64,000 nt of DNA from Nitrospiraceae bacterium (GCA_050246315.1 JBFWWG010000005.1:242359-306358); one strand, 5' to 3'. Positions 32,770 to 44,431 are shown, counted from the stretch's first letter. Made by a program: numbers and translations. The notes: generated by a model not told the origin, from the sequence alone.

Positions 32770-34347
32770 ATGCACCCCAGGACCAGGCGCCACTCCGATC
32801 GACTCAAATGGATGCGACGCGGGCTGCTCCTCTGCTTCGTCTTGTTGACGCAGGGCTTGGCATGGGGGGAAGAGCGGCCGGTTGGATTCGTGTCCGATTC
32901 CGTCGAACAGCAGGTGCGCGCGTTGATGAGCGATGACCCCGCCATTCAGCAGGCGTCGTTTGCCGCGCTGGTTGAATCGACGGACCCAGCGCTCCTGCAT
33001 CGGCTGCAGGAGATTCGCGACGATGCCGATCGGTCCACCAGACTGGCTCTGAAACCGGTCATGGATCTGGTCAAGAATCGGGTGAATTTGGCCAACGCCG
33101 ATCCGGATCAGCGGCGTTCCGCGGCGTCGGATCTCGGAGGGCTGGGGTACCCTGTCGCCATCCCATGGCTGCAAGCGGCGCTCACCGACGAATCCCATCG
33201 GTGGGTGCGGTACGCGATTCAGGAAGCCCTGGCATTGATCCAATTGCAGAATCCGGATAGCCGAGTCCGATTGGCTGCGGTGCAACAACTGGGCGATCTG
33301 GCCAGCCAGCACGGCCTGTCGAAGCTCAAAGACATGGTTGCCTTGACAGAACAGGCCGAGGCGCCCCCGGGCACGACGGTGGATGCGGCGGTCGTCCAGT
33401 CGGCGAAGCAGGCCATTGAGAAGATCGAACGGTGGGCGGTCTGGTCCAGCGCGTTCGAGACGGTGTTTCATGGGATCAGCTTGAGCTCGATCCTCCTGCT
33501 GATGGCCCTGGGATTGGCTATCGTATTCGGCTTGATGGGGGTCATCAATATGGCCCACGGCGAGCTGATGATGGTAGGCGCCTATGCCACGTTCATGACG
33601 CAGGAGTTCTTCAAAGCCTATGCGCCGCCGGATATCTTCGACTGGTATTTCTGGACGGCCTTGCCGGTATCATTTTGTGCATCGGCGGTACTGGGCTTGG
33701 TCCTGGAAGCGACGCTCATCCGATTTCTCTACGGCAGGCCGCTGGAAACGATGTTGGCAACCTGGGGGGTCAGTCTGGTCCTGATTCAAGCGGCGCGGGT
33801 GACGTTCGGTGACCTGACGGCCGTGACCGCCCCCTCCTGGTTCAGCGGCGGGGCGCAGGTCATGGTGGGTCTGTACCTGCCGTTTAACCGGCTGTTCATT
33901 ATCGGACTCTCGGTGATCTCCGTCATCGGCATTTACCTGTTGCTGTTTCGGTCAGGCCTGGGCCTGCGCGTGCGGGCGGTGATGCAAAACCGCCCTATGA
34001 GCGCTTGTCTGGGGATTCCGACGAGAACCGTGGATGCCTATACGTTCGCCTTCGGGTCCGGGTTGGCGGGGCTGGCCGGTTGGGCGTTGACGCTGGTCGG
34101 CAATGTCGATCCTGGGCTGGGCCAAAACTACATCGTGGACTCATTCATGGTCGTGGTCACCGGAGGGGTGGGAAAGCTGGCCGGAACCGTCGTGGCCGCG
34201 CTCGGGATCGGAAGTTTGAATAAGCTGTTCGAACCGAGTTTTGGGGCCGTGTATGCCAAGGTGTTGATTCTGTTGTTGGTTGTGCTCTTCCTTCAACGTC
34301 GGCCTTCGGGATTGTTTGCCATCAAGGGACGTCATGCCGACGCCTGA
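32770..34347 (+). CDS. urtB: Urea ABC transporter permease with HEAT-like N-terminal domain
   Basis: GVINMAHGELMM.GAY, LYGRPLETMLATWG, YIVDSFMVVV.GGVG. Confidence 0.95.
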   Translation: MHPRTRRHSDRLKWMRRGLLLCFVLLTQGLAWGEERPVGFVSDSVEQQVRALMSDDPAIQQASFAALVESTDPALLHRLQEIRDDADRSTRLALKPVMDLVKNRVNLANADPDQRRSAASDLGGLGYPVAIPWLQAALTDESHRWVRYAIQEALALIQLQNPDSRVRLAAVQQLGDLASQHGLSKLKDMVALTEQAEAPPGTTVDAAVVQSAKQAIEKIERWAVWSSAFETVFHGISLSSILLLMALGLAIVFGLMGVINMAHGELMMVGAYATFMTQEFFKAYAPPDIFDWYFWTALPVSFCASAVLGLVLEATLIRFLYGRPLETMLATWGVSLVLIQAARVTFGDLTAVTAPSWFSGGAQVMVGLYLPFNRLFIIGLSVISVIGIYLLLFRSGLGLRVRAVMQNRPMSACLGIPTRTVDAYTFAFGSGLAGLAGWALTLVGNVDPGLGQNYIVDSFMVVVTGGVGKLAGTVVAALGIGSLNKLFEPSFGAVYAKVLILLLVVLFLQRRPSGLFAIKGRHADA

Positions 34348-34410
34348 GAAGTGTCAATCGTCATGGGTCAATCGTGATTGGAAAGAGAAATGTCCCTTGG
34401 CTGAGACCCG

Positions 34411-35598
34411 ATGAGGATTGACCGTTCGTCGAGTAACGAGGAGTGTGTGGGGAAATCGGCTGACGGCGATCGTCTCGGTGAACGCCGAGAGGGGCTTCTC
34501 TACTGGTTGACTGCCTTCCTCTTGCTGGTCTTCGTTCCCCTGCTGAATCTGCTGCCGGGTCAGGATTCGTGGCTGCATGTTTCGGACTTTGCACTGAATC
34601 GCTTCGGGAAGTTTCTCGCCTTCGGGATACTGGCACTCGGGCTTGATTTGATTTGGGGCTATACCGGCATTCTGAGCCTCGGCCACGGCGTGTTCTTCGG
34701 CCTGGGTGCCTATGCGATGGGGATGCATTTGGCGCTGGCGATCGGAACGGAAAGTGTTTACGGAAGCGCACTCCCCGACTTCATGGTCTGGAACCAAGTG
34801 AAGGAACTGCCGCTGTTCTGGAAGCCGTTTTACAGCTTTCCGATCGCGTTGCTCGCTGCGATTGTCGTCCCAATCCTCTGTGCTTGGCTGTTCGGCGCGC
34901 TCGCCTTCCGTAGCCGGATCAAGGGCGTGTACTTCGCCATCATCACCCAGGCCCTGGCTCTGTCCGCCTGGCTCGTGTTCAACCGCAATGAAACCAACCT
35001 GGGAGGTACCAACGGCCTGACGGATTTCAAGACCTTGCTGGGATTTCGACTGAGCGACCCCCACACGCAGCTTCTGTTGTACGTGATCACGGTCCTTTGT
35101 CTGGGTGGGGCCTATCTCCTTTGTCGGTGGATCGTGCAGTCACGAACTGGCAAAGTGCTGGTGGCCATCAGGGACAGTGAACAACGGGTGCTGTTCTCCG
35201 GGTACTCGCCGGCCCAGTACAAGCTCTTTGTGTTTGTCGTATCGGCAGGTCTGGCCGGCTTGGCCGGCGCGCTCTATGTTCCGCAAGTTGGGATTATCAC
35301 GCCCGCTCAAATGGGTGTGCTTCCCTCGCTCGAAATGGTCATTTGGGTGGCGGTCGGCGGACGGGGTACGTTGGCGGGTGCCGTCATCGGCGCGGTCGGG
35401 GTCAATTGGGCCAGGAGTTTGCTCACCAACCATTTTCCGGATCTCTGGCCCTTCTTCCTGGGCGGACTGTTCGTCGCGGTGGTCCTGTTCTTTCCCGAGG
35501 GGCTGGTCGGTGTGACGAATCGGATCCACGCCCGATTCGCCCATCGACGGACTCCGGTGAGCAAAGCGACTTCAGACCGGAGTCTCATGATGACATGA
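34411..35598 (+). CDS. urtC: Urea ABC transporter permease
   Basis: LDLIWGYTGILSLGHG, RSRIKGVYFAIITQA; true start may be GTG 34447. Confidence 0.94.
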   Translation: MRIDRSSSNEECVGKSADGDRLGERREGLLYWLTAFLLLVFVPLLNLLPGQDSWLHVSDFALNRFGKFLAFGILALGLDLIWGYTGILSLGHGVFFGLGAYAMGMHLALAIGTESVYGSALPDFMVWNQVKELPLFWKPFYSFPIALLAAIVVPILCAWLFGALAFRSRIKGVYFAIITQALALSAWLVFNRNETNLGGTNGLTDFKTLLGFRLSDPHTQLLLYVITVLCLGGAYLLCRWIVQSRTGKVLVAIRDSEQRVLFSGYSPAQYKLFVFVVSAGLAGLAGALYVPQVGIITPAQMGVLPSLEMVIWVAVGGRGTLAGAVIGAVGVNWARSLLTNHFPDLWPFFLGGLFVAVVLFFPEGLVGVTNRIHARFAHRRTPVSKATSDRSLMMT

Positions 35599-36362
35599 CG
35601 GACCGGGGATCGATCATCTATCTCGAAGGCGTCACCGTTGACTACGACGGGTTCAAAGCCTTGAATGGGCTTAACTTCATCGTGGGCCATCACGAGCTTC
35701 GCGTCGTGATCGGACCGAACGGGGCCGGCAAGACGACGTTGTTGGATGTGATTTCCGGGAAAACCAAACCGGTCGCCGGTCGCGTCATCTACGGCCGCGA
35801 TACGGATCTGCTGCCGCTTCGCGAGCATGAGATTGCCGGTCTTGGAATCGGACGCAAGTTTCAAGCACCCTCGATCTTTGCCAATCTGACCCTGTGGGAG
35901 AACTTGGATGTGTCGCTGAAGCGGCAGAGCAAGGGTGTGATGGCGACCCTGATGAGCCGGCCGACGCAAGCCGAACGGGCACGCATCGAGGACATGTTGG
36001 AAACCGTCGGGCTCCGAGACAAGGCCCAGCTCCGAGCGGGATCGTTGTCGCATGGGGAGAAACAGTGGCTTGAAATCGGGATGGTCCTGTTGCAAGACCC
36101 GCAACTGCTGCTCGTGGATGAGCCGGTGGCCGGCATGACCGATCGCGAAACAGAGCAGACAGGCCTGTTGCTGCAATCCCTGGCGGAAGCCCATGCCATT
36201 GTGGTGATCGAGCACGATATGGAATTCGTGAGGCAGATCGCCCGTACCGTGACGGTCATGCATGAAGGCGCGGTGATCTGCGAAGGCTCAGTGGAGGCGG
36301 TTCAGGCGGACGCCCGCGTCCGCGAAATCTACCTCGGCCGGCAGAAGGTGGCGCATGCTTGA
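35595..36362 (+). CDS. urtD: Urea ABC transporter ATPase
   Basis: [30 protein letters not shown]. Confidence 0.95.
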   Translation: MTDRGSIIYLEGVTVDYDGFKALNGLNFIVGHHELRVVIGPNGAGKTTLLDVISGKTKPVAGRVIYGRDTDLLPLREHEIAGLGIGRKFQAPSIFANLTLWENLDVSLKRQSKGVMATLMSRPTQAERARIEDMLETVGLRDKAQLRAGSLSHGEKQWLEIGMVLLQDPQLLLVDEPVAGMTDRETEQTGLLLQSLAEAHAIVVIEHDMEFVRQIARTVTVMHEGAVICEGSVEAVQADARVREIYLGRQKVAHA

Positions 36363-37065
36363 ACTCCGCCGAGTGAATGCCTCGTACGGCGAGAGCCATA
36401 TCCTGCGCGATGTCTCGATGACCGTTGAAACGGGCGAGGTGCTCTGCCTCATGGGACGAAACGGCGTTGGCAAGACCACCACCTTGAAGACCATCATGGG
36501 GCTCATGCCGGTGCAGAGTGGAGAAGTCCGGTTCGAGGGGGTGGACCTCACAAAGACCCCGCCGGACCGGCGGGTGCGGGCGGGCCTCGGATTTGTGCCG
36601 CAGGGTCGGGAGATTTTGCCCCATTTGACCGTCCGTGAGAATCTCCGGCTTGGGTTCTGGGCCAGACCCAGGACCGCTCCGGCGATTTCAGAAGAGGCGG
36701 CGTTTAAGGAGGTCTATGCCCTCTTCCCCAAGCTCTATCAAATTCTCGATCGTCCGGGAGGGGTGTTGAGCGGGGGGGAGCAGCAACAACTGGCCATTGC
36801 CAGGGCTCTGCTGGCCGATCCAAAAGTCTTGCTGCTGGATGAGCCGACAGAAGGGATCCAACCATCCGTGGTGGATCAGATCGAAGACGTGATCCTCGGC
36901 TTCAAAGCGCAGCGCCGGTTCGCGATCTTGCTGGTAGAACAGGGCCTTCACTTCGCCGCACGGCTTGCGGACCGGTACGTCATTATGGCAAAAGGGGCCG
37001 TTGTTGCTTCGGGGAAGGCCTCCGAGTTGGGAGAGGAGCAGGTAAAGCAGCATTTGGTGGTGTGA
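36355..37065 (+). CDS. urtE: Urea ABC transporter ATPase
   Basis: GRNGVGKTT, LSGGEQQQLAIAR, DEPTEGIQPS. Confidence 0.95.
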   Translation: MLELRRVNASYGESHILRDVSMTVETGEVLCLMGRNGVGKTTTLKTIMGLMPVQSGEVRFEGVDLTKTPPDRRVRAGLGFVPQGREILPHLTVRENLRLGFWARPRTAPAISEEAAFKEVYALFPKLYQILDRPGGVLSGGEQQQLAIARALLADPKVLLLDEPTEGIQPSVVDQIEDVILGFKAQRRFAILLVEQGLHFAARLADRYVIMAKGAVVASGKASELGEEQVKQHLVV

Positions 37066-37463
37066 TGGTCCAGCGAAGATTGAGCAAGATTGTGAGCATG
37101 GCAGGCTCTGTGCTGCTGCTGAGTCTCTCTGCCTGTGCGACAACCAGCTACAAGCCTTTGGAACAGACGACGGGCCAGGACGTAGCGCAAGTCGCCGAGA
37201 ATGAATTTCGGGTGGAGTATCGAGCCGGACTGTTTACCCCGCAGAAACGGATGGACGACTATATCAAGCTGCGCTGCGCCGAGGTGACGCTCCAGCGAGG
37301 GTATGACTATTTCGAATTGGGTGAACGATTCGACAACGTGATCTTTTCCCGGACCACTTCGGTGTTGCTCCGCGTGCATAAGGGCAAGATCCCCGAGGGG
37401 GCCACTCTGTTCCACGATGCCAGGCAGGTCATGACGGACCTCCGAGACCTTCCGAGGGAGTGA
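37065..37463 (+). CDS. Small lipoprotein of unknown function inside the urt-ure operon
   Basis: Lipobox [19 protein letters not shown]; fills the urtE-ureA gap. Confidence 0.75.
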   Translation: MVQRRLSKIVSMAGSVLLLSLSACATTSYKPLEQTTGQDVAQVAENEFRVEYRAGLFTPQKRMDDYIKLRCAEVTLQRGYDYFELGERFDNVIFSRTTSVLLRVHKGKIPEGATLFHDARQVMTDLRDLPRE

Positions 37464-37498
37464 TTCGGTCACCAGGTTCGACCCGATGGAATGATACA

Positions 37499-37801
37499 AT
37501 GCATCTGACGCCGCGTGAACAAGAGAAACTCCTGATCTATGTCGCGGCCAAGCTCGCTCAGGAACGGAAGGCTCGCGGGCTGAAGTTAAACCATCCGGAG
37601 GCGGTGGCCTATCTCACGGCCGGGATCTTAGAAGGCGTCAGAGACGGACAGTCCGTGGCGGATCTCATGAGCTATGGAGCGACCTTGCTCACACGCGAGG
37701 ACGTCATGCCGGGTATTGCGGAGATGATCCCTGAGCTGCAAGTGGAAGGGACCTTTCCCGACGGCACCAAGTTGGTGACGGTTCATCAACCGATTCGATA
37801 A
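37499..37801 (+). CDS. ureA: Urease gamma subunit
   Basis: [29 protein letters not shown]. Confidence 0.97.
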   Translation: MHLTPREQEKLLIYVAAKLAQERKARGLKLNHPEAVAYLTAGILEGVRDGQSVADLMSYGATLLTREDVMPGIAEMIPELQVEGTFPDGTKLVTVHQPIR

Positions 37802-37809
37802 CGGACGCC

Positions 37810-38286
37810 ATGGCGACGAAGGCGACAAGATCAAGAGCTCGGAAGAAGGCGGTGACCAGGAAACGACCGATCCTCGTGCCTTCGGCCGGTCAGCGGTCGG
37901 TGGCCGTCGTTCCGGGAGAGATCTTACTGGCCGAAGGAGACATCATTGCCTTGCACGGAAAGCAGACGATCGAGATAACCGTCGCCAACCAGGCGGATCG
38001 GCCGATCCAGGTGGGCTCGCATTGCCACTTTTTTGAAGTCAATCGCGCGCTCAAGTTTGATCGCGAACAGACCTATGGCTTTCGGCTGCAAGTGCCGGCC
38101 GGGACCGCGGTCCGCTTCGAGCCGGGCGAAGAGAAACGGGTGACGCTGGTCGCATGCGGAGGCAAGCGGGTCGCTTACGGCATCAACGGGCTCACCAATG
38201 GAAGGCTCGACGATCCGGAGGTGCGGGCGAGGGCGCTAGCCAAGGCGCGGGAATTGGGATTTCTGGGAGATCAGGTCTCACGATGA
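37810..38286 (+). CDS. ureB: Urease beta subunit
   Basis: [25 protein letters not shown]. Confidence 0.97.
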   Translation: MATKATRSRARKKAVTRKRPILVPSAGQRSVAVVPGEILLAEGDIIALHGKQTIEITVANQADRPIQVGSHCHFFEVNRALKFDREQTYGFRLQVPAGTAVRFEPGEEKRVTLVACGGKRVAYGINGLTNGRLDDPEVRARALAKARELGFLGDQVSR

Positions 38287-40010
38287 AGCTCTCCCGCCGT
38301 CAGTATGCCGATCTCTACGGCCCGACAACAGGAGACCGGATCAGACTGGCCGATACCGAGCTGGTGATCGAAATCACCCGCGATCTCACGATGCCGGGGG
38401 AAGAAGCCAAGTTCGGTGGAGGGAAAGTCATCCGTGACGGAATGGGGCAATCGCCTGCTGCCACGCGTGCCTCCGGTGCTTTGGATTTGGTCATCACCAA
38501 TGCCGTCATTCTCGACTATTGGGGGATCGTCAAGGCGGACATCGGGGTGCGCGACGGGCGCATCGCCGGAATCGGGAAGGCCGGCAATCCGGATCTCATG
38601 GACGGGGTGACTCCCGGCATGGAGATTGGTCCTGGGACGGAGGTCCTTTCCGCTGAGGGAAAGATCGTCACAGCCGGCGGCATCGATACCCACATCCACT
38701 TCATTTGTCCTCAGATCATCCATGAAGCGCTGGCGAACGGACTGACAACCCTGATCGGAGGCGGAACCGGTCCTGCGACCGGAACCAACGCCACCACCTG
38801 CACGCCGGGAGCGTGGAACATTCATCGGATGCTGGAAGCGGCAGACGGTTTCCCCATCAATCTTGGCTTTCTGGGCAAGGGCAATGCGTCGCTTCCGGAA
38901 GGGTTGCGCGAACAGATCGAGGCGGGGGCCATCGGGTTGAAGCTGCATGAGGATTGGGGAACGACTCCGGCCACCATCTCGACCTGTTTGGATGTGGCAG
39001 AGGAGTACGACGTCCAGGTGGCGATCCACACGGATACCCTGAACGAAGCCGGTTTCGTCGAGGATACGATCAAATCGTTCAAGGGGCGCACGATCCATTC
39101 GTTCCATACGGAAGGAGCCGGCGGTGGGCATGCGCCGGATATCATCAAGGTCTGCGGCGAAGCCAACGTGCTCCCGTCGTCAACCAATCCCACCATGCCC
39201 TTCACCGTGAACACGATGGACGAGCATCTCGACATGCTGATGGTCTGCCATCATCTGAATCCGAGAGTGCCGGAGGATATTGCCTTTGCCGAATCGCGCA
39301 TCAGACGAGAAACCATCGCGGCCGAGGACATCCTGCACGACATGGGAGCGATCAGCATGATGTCGTCGGATTCGCAGGCGATGGGACGGGTCGGTGAGGT
39401 GATCATTCGGACCTGGCAGACCGCGCATAAGATGAAAGTCCAGCGAGGGGGGCTCGCGCCGAACGGTGCCGCTGGTGGCACGGAACGGCATGATAACTTC
39501 CGAGCTCGCCGCTATGTCGCCAAGTACACGATGAATCCTGCCATCACTCATGGCATCGCGGATGAAGTGGGGTCGATTGAAAAGGGCAAGCTGGCCGATC
39601 TTGTTCTGTGGAAACCGGCCTTCTTCGGCGTGAAACCGGAAATCGTGATCAAGGGCGGTTTTCCGATGTCGGCCGCGATGGGCGATCCCAACGCCTCGAT
39701 CCCGACTCCGCAACCGGTCCTGACCAGACCCATGTTCGGGAGCTTCGGCCGGGCGCCCTATACGACCAGCGTCACCTTCCTCTCCGCGCGCGCGTTGGAA
39801 CGGGAGGTGCCGCAATCATTAGGACTTCAGAAACGGGTCGCGGCCGTGCGGGGTTGCCGAGGGATCAGCAAACGAGACATGAAGCTCAACGATGCCCTGC
39901 CTCGGATCGAAGTGGATGCGGAGACGTACGAGGTCCGCGCGGACGGTCAATTGCTCTCTTGCGATCCGTTGGCGGTGTTGCCGATGGCGCAACGGTATTT
40001 CTTGTTTTGA
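38283..40010 (+). CDS. ureC: Urease alpha subunit
   Basis: [38 protein letters not shown]. Confidence 0.98.
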   Translation: MKLSRRQYADLYGPTTGDRIRLADTELVIEITRDLTMPGEEAKFGGGKVIRDGMGQSPAATRASGALDLVITNAVILDYWGIVKADIGVRDGRIAGIGKAGNPDLMDGVTPGMEIGPGTEVLSAEGKIVTAGGIDTHIHFICPQIIHEALANGLTTLIGGGTGPATGTNATTCTPGAWNIHRMLEAADGFPINLGFLGKGNASLPEGLREQIEAGAIGLKLHEDWGTTPATISTCLDVAEEYDVQVAIHTDTLNEAGFVEDTIKSFKGRTIHSFHTEGAGGGHAPDIIKVCGEANVLPSSTNPTMPFTVNTMDEHLDMLMVCHHLNPRVPEDIAFAESRIRRETIAAEDILHDMGAISMMSSDSQAMGRVGEVIIRTWQTAHKMKVQRGGLAPNGAAGGTERHDNFRARRYVAKYTMNPAITHGIADEVGSIEKGKLADLVLWKPAFFGVKPEIVIKGGFPMSAAMGDPNASIPTPQPVLTRPMFGSFGRAPYTTSVTFLSARALEREVPQSLGLQKRVAAVRGCRGISKRDMKLNDALPRIEVDAETYEVRADGQLLSCDPLAVLPMAQRYFLF

Positions 40011-40017
40011 GTCCATC

Positions 40018-40704
40018 ATGGAGACGCTCGCGCTCGTCAACGGACTCCGCTTCATCGACAGCCTCTTTCCTACGGGTGGATTCGCCTATTCGTCTGGACT
40101 TGAAGCAGCTGTACAGGCCGGGCTGGTCCGCACGTCGGGCGATCTAGCCCGCTATGTCGAAGATTCCTTGCAGTTTGGGCTTGGACCCAGGGAGGCCGTT
40201 GCAGCCGCACGTGCCCATCAGGCGGTCGTTCTGGGGCAACTCGCACCGGCGCTCGACGCCGATCGCGAACTCGACGCAATGAAACTGGTCAAGGAGGCGC
40301 GCCTGGCGAGCCGTCAAATGGGCCGACAGGTGATGCGGATCGCTGGGGCGCAGTCCGGCGCCGCACCGCTGTTGCTGCAATATCGTGAAGCGGTTGAGGA
40401 GGGGCGGACGCCCGGCCATTTCCCCGTGTGTCTCGGCTTGACGCTCGGGACCATCGGGTGGACTCGATCGGCGACGGTCGCAGCCTTTCTCTATCATTCC
40501 ATCGCAGGCTACCTCTCCGCTGCCCTCAAATTGCTTCCGATCGGCCAGCAGGAAGGGCAGCGATTGATCGAACGGTGGCTCCCGTTGGTGAGCCGGGTAA
40601 GCGAACATACTGATCCGGCCTCGTCATTGATCTCCTGGACACCGATCCAAGATCTGTACGCCATGCGGCACCGCCGGTTGGCGTCACGATTGTTCCGGTC
40701 CTGA
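40018..40704 (+). CDS. ureF: Urease accessory protein UreF
   Basis: [17 protein letters not shown]-terminal RLFRS. Confidence 0.95.
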   Translation: METLALVNGLRFIDSLFPTGGFAYSSGLEAAVQAGLVRTSGDLARYVEDSLQFGLGPREAVAAARAHQAVVLGQLAPALDADRELDAMKLVKEARLASRQMGRQVMRIAGAQSGAAPLLLQYREAVEEGRTPGHFPVCLGLTLGTIGWTRSATVAAFLYHSIAGYLSAALKLLPIGQQEGQRLIERWLPLVSRVSEHTDPASSLISWTPIQDLYAMRHRRLASRLFRS

Positions 40705-40718
40705 GCGAGTGGCGGCAA

Positions 40719-41399
40719 ATGGGCATGGGCCACGACCATCATCACCATCACGAGGGCGGCGGGAGGCCGACGCTGGCGCGCGGGCGCGGCATCCCGGTCA
40801 TCGGGATCGGCGGGCCTGTGGGTTCAGGCAAAACGGCGTTGGTCGAAACGCTCTGTCACCGGTTGCGCCAGCGTGTCAGCCTGGCGGTGGTGACCAACGA
40901 CATTTTCACCAAGGAGGATGCGGAGTTCCTCGCCCGGCGCGGCGCACTCCCGGCGGACCGAATCCTCGGGGTGGAGACCGGCGGGTGTCCTCACACGGCG
41001 ATCCGCGAAGACGCATCCCACAATCAGGAGGCGTTGGACGAGCTGCTGAAACGACATCCCGATGTCGAATTGATGTTCGTCGAAAGCGGCGGCGACAATC
41101 TTGCCGCGACCTTCAGCCCAGAGCTCGTCGATGGCGTGATCTATGTGATCGATGTGGCGGCGGGAGACAAGATCCCCCGGAAGGGTGGTCCCGGCATCAC
41201 GCGATCCGACCTGCTCGTCATCAACAAGATCGATCTGGCCTCTTCGGTGGGCGCGGACCTCGGCGTGATGGAACGAGACAGCCGTCGCATGCGCAGCATG
41301 CTTCCCTTCATCTTTACGAACCTCCTGACCGGTCAAGGCACTCCAGAAGTCGTCCAATGGGTCGAGCAATGGCTGCCGCAACGAACCGCGAAGCCGTAG
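40719..41399 (+). CDS. ureG: Urease accessory GTPase UreG with His-rich N-terminus
   Basis: [31 protein letters not shown]. Confidence 0.97.
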   Translation: MGMGHDHHHHHEGGGRPTLARGRGIPVIGIGGPVGSGKTALVETLCHRLRQRVSLAVVTNDIFTKEDAEFLARRGALPADRILGVETGGCPHTAIREDASHNQEALDELLKRHPDVELMFVESGGDNLAATFSPELVDGVIYVIDVAAGDKIPRKGGPGITRSDLLVINKIDLASSVGADLGVMERDSRRMRSMLPFIFTNLLTGQGTPEVVQWVEQWLPQRTAKP

Positions 41400-42283
41400 T
41401 CTCCCCACACTCGCCCCACGTCTCGACTGGGTGGGACAGCTTGGTCGAAACGGTCGGCCGATGCGGGGATCTCGTCCTTTCGTTCGAACAGCGCCGCGGG
41501 CGTACCAAACTCAACAGGGTCCATTGCCGGAGCCCTTGGCACTTCATGCCACCCATGGCGCTGGAAGGCGGTCGCTGCGCCTATACGATGCTGGTTAATC
41601 CGTCGGGGGGGCTGGTCGGCGGCGATCGCTTGTCGCTGACCGCCTCTATCGGACCGGATGCGCACGTACTATTCTCGACGCCATCGGCCACACGCATCTA
41701 CCGTACAATCGGCCCAGAGGCGGCGCAGGAAATCACGTTGCGAGTCGGTGAGAACGCCAGGCTTGAGTGGCTACCGGACGTCACCATTCCCTATGCCGGG
41801 TCGTGTTTTCGCCAGTCGATCGACGTATCGCTCGCTCCCGGTGCGGCGCTGTTACTCTGGGACGCCTTAGCCTGTGGCCGCGTTGCCTGTGACGAGCGGT
41901 GGGCCTGTGCACAGTACCGGAACGAGATTCGAATCAGGGCTATTTCGGGTGGAGAAGTCCTCGAACGTGTGGCGCTGACCCCGCATTTGAACGGTGTTGG
42001 GTTGGCGGACCCATGGAACTATGTGGCTTCGCTATTTATCGTTTCCGACACGGTCGCCTCATCTGCTTGGGAGGATCTCGAACGGGATCTGGATGATTGC
42101 ATCGAGCAGCATTTCACCGAGGGAGAACTCCTGGCGGCCGTGTCGGAGCTGCCGGTTCCAGGTCTCGTGATGAAAGTGCTGACACGGACCGCGCCATCGC
42201 TGCACGAGCTCTATGGACGAGCTTGGGCGGTAATTCGAAAGCGCCTCTGGAATCGCGATTGTCCTGCCCTGAGGCGATATTGA
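41369..42283 (+). CDS. ureD: Urease accessory protein UreD
   Basis: [28 protein letters not shown]; start approximate. Confidence 0.92.
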   Translation: MAAATNREAVVSPHSPHVSTGWDSLVETVGRCGDLVLSFEQRRGRTKLNRVHCRSPWHFMPPMALEGGRCAYTMLVNPSGGLVGGDRLSLTASIGPDAHVLFSTPSATRIYRTIGPEAAQEITLRVGENARLEWLPDVTIPYAGSCFRQSIDVSLAPGAALLLWDALACGRVACDERWACAQYRNEIRIRAISGGEVLERVALTPHLNGVGLADPWNYVASLFIVSDTVASSAWEDLERDLDDCIEQHFTEGELLAAVSELPVPGLVMKVLTRTAPSLHELYGRAWAVIRKRLWNRDCPALRRY

Positions 42284-42333
42284 TTCTCCACGTTAGGGGA
42301 GGATGCCTACGAGGTCATGATGTCATGAAGTGA

Positions 42334-42363
42334 TTGACAGATTCTTAGGGAGGCTGTTATAAG
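42334..42363 (+). promoter_or_regulatory. Candidate sigma70-type promoter of the nadE block
   Basis: TTGACA-N18-TATAAG with an extended -10 TG. Confidence 0.65.
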
Positions 42364-42379
42364 TGCGTCGAACATCCGA

Positions 42380-42475
42380 AGACAACGGCGTCTGACTGGA
42401 TGATCTGACACCATATCAATGAAGGACAACGACGTCCTCTTTCCCCAGCGATGGGGATTGAGGGCGTTTTTTTTT
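42380..42475 (+). promoter_or_regulatory. ANTAR-type dual-hairpin attenuator (leader 2)
   Basis: AGAC-AACGGC-GTCT and AGGAC-AACGAC-GTCCT; the second overlaps a terminator stem (42432-42467) with a T9 run. Confidence 0.85.
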
Positions 42476-42545
42476 GCCCGCGGGGTGCTGACCGGATTGC
42501 CGGAGCGTCCGGCGTGGATGACGAAGGCGGCGAAGAGTACGACTG

Positions 42546-44321
42546 ATGCGCACGTTTCGAATCGCCATGGCCCAGATGAATCCCACCGTGGGGGATCTTG
42601 ACGGGAATCTGCGGGCGATCATCTCTCGGGTGAAGGACGCCCGCAAGGCCAAGGCCGACCTCGTGGCCTTTCCCGAGCTGGCGCTCACCGGGTACCCTCC
42701 GGAGGATCTCCTGCTCAAGCCACGGTTCGTCGAGGACACCCGTCGTGCCCTGGAGACGATTATCCCGGAATGTCGTGGACTGGCGGTCGTCGTCGGCTAC
42801 GTGGCCCAAGGAATCGGCGCCGAGCCGAAAAGGATGAAGCCGACCGCCGTGCCGGCGGGACGGGACGAACTTTACAATGCCGCCGCGGTCATCGCGGATA
42901 CCCGCCTGGTCACCACCTACGCCAAGCAGTACCTCCCGAACTACGGCGTCTTCGATGAGAGTCGCTACTTTCATCCCGGGCAGCGCAATCCCGTCATTGT
43001 CCTGAACGGGACGACGATCGGCGTGAATATCTGCGAGGACATCTGGCTGCCCGAAGGACCGACCAAGTTCCAGGCGGCGGCCGGGGCGGAAATCATCGTG
43101 AACATCAATGCCTCGCCTTTTCACATCGCCAAAAGCCGCCAGCGCGAACAGATGCTGGCCACGCGCGCGCGAGACAACCACGTCATTGTGACCTACACCA
43201 ATACGGTGGGAGGACAGGATGAACTGGTCTTCGACGGGAACAGCCTGGTGTTGGACCAGACGGGTGAGGTGATTGCCCGGGCCAAGGCGTTTGATGAGGA
43301 CTTCCTTGTGACGGATCTCTTTCCGACCGCGGTCGGACGGGGCCGCCTCGTCCAAGGAAGGAGAAGAGCCGCAACGAATCGGCCGCCTGGTTCGGTCGAG
43401 CGCATGACCGTCCCGGTGTATGAGGCCCCGGCGCATCCGGAGAGGATCGTACCGAGTCTTGTCGCACCGATGGACCAACTTGAAGAGGTCTACCGGGCGC
43501 TGGTGCTCGGCGTGCGGGATTATGTGACAAAGAACGGATTTCAACGGACGGTGATCGGCCTGAGCGGCGGGATCGATTCCGCGTTGACTGCCGCCATTGC
43601 AGTGGATGCGCTGGGAGCCACGAATGTGCTGGGTCTCTTCATGCCCTCCCCCTTTACATCGAGAGAAAGCCACGAGGACGCGGCCGATCTGGCCAGGCGG
43701 CTCGACATCGAGTGCCGGACCGTCCCGATCGCCGGTCTTTTCGACTCATACCAAAGTGTCCTGGCTCCCACGTTTGCTGGACGTCCGTCCGACGTCTCCG
43801 AAGAAAACCTCCAGGCCCGCATCCGCGGCAATCTCCTCATGGCCATCTCGAACAAGTTCGGGCATCTCGTGCTCACAACCGGAAACAAGAGCGAGCTAAG
43901 CGTCGGCTACGCGACGCTTTACGGGGACATGGCCGGCGGATTCGCGGTGATCAAGGATGTGCCGAAGACGATGGTGTATGAGCTGGCGCGACACCGGAAC
44001 GGCCTCGGCAACGCGGTCGTCATTCCCAAGCGGGTGTTGGAACGCGCCCCGACCGCCGAATTGAGGCCGAATCAGCGCGATGAAGATTCGCTGCCTCCTT
44101 ATCCCGTACTGGATCCGATCCTCAAGGCCTATGTCGAGGACGACCGATCTCCCGACGAAATTGCCGCCATGGGATTCGAGCGTGCGACCGTCGAGCGCGT
44201 CATCACGCTGGTGGACCGCAGCGAATACAAACGCCGGCAGGCGCCGGTGGGCATCAAGATCACACATCGCGGGCTGGGAAAGGACCGCCGGATGCCGATC
44301 ACCAATCGGTATCGAGGCTGA
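42546..44321 (+). CDS. nadE: Glutamine-dependent NAD+ synthetase
   Basis: Nitrilase domain (FPELALTGYPPEDLL, ICEDIW) plus synthetase domain (GLSGGIDS, ENLQARIRG, TGNKSE). Confidence 0.96.
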   Translation: MRTFRIAMAQMNPTVGDLDGNLRAIISRVKDARKAKADLVAFPELALTGYPPEDLLLKPRFVEDTRRALETIIPECRGLAVVVGYVAQGIGAEPKRMKPTAVPAGRDELYNAAAVIADTRLVTTYAKQYLPNYGVFDESRYFHPGQRNPVIVLNGTTIGVNICEDIWLPEGPTKFQAAAGAEIIVNINASPFHIAKSRQREQMLATRARDNHVIVTYTNTVGGQDELVFDGNSLVLDQTGEVIARAKAFDEDFLVTDLFPTAVGRGRLVQGRRRAATNRPPGSVERMTVPVYEAPAHPERIVPSLVAPMDQLEEVYRALVLGVRDYVTKNGFQRTVIGLSGGIDSALTAAIAVDALGATNVLGLFMPSPFTSRESHEDAADLARRLDIECRTVPIAGLFDSYQSVLAPTFAGRPSDVSEENLQARIRGNLLMAISNKFGHLVLTTGNKSELSVGYATLYGDMAGGFAVIKDVPKTMVYELARHRNGLGNAVVIPKRVLERAPTAELRPNQRDEDSLPPYPVLDPILKAYVEDDRSPDEIAAMGFERATVERVITLVDRSEYKRRQAPVGIKITHRGLGKDRRMPITNRYRG

Positions 44322-44431
44322 ACGGGGAAAGCGAGAGCGGACGTTCAAGAGCCATGAACGAAGCGGTGAATCGCGGCATGGCAGGCGATCACCGGTTCCA
44401 TGCAGTTGACATTCACCGACAAGGAGGGAGG

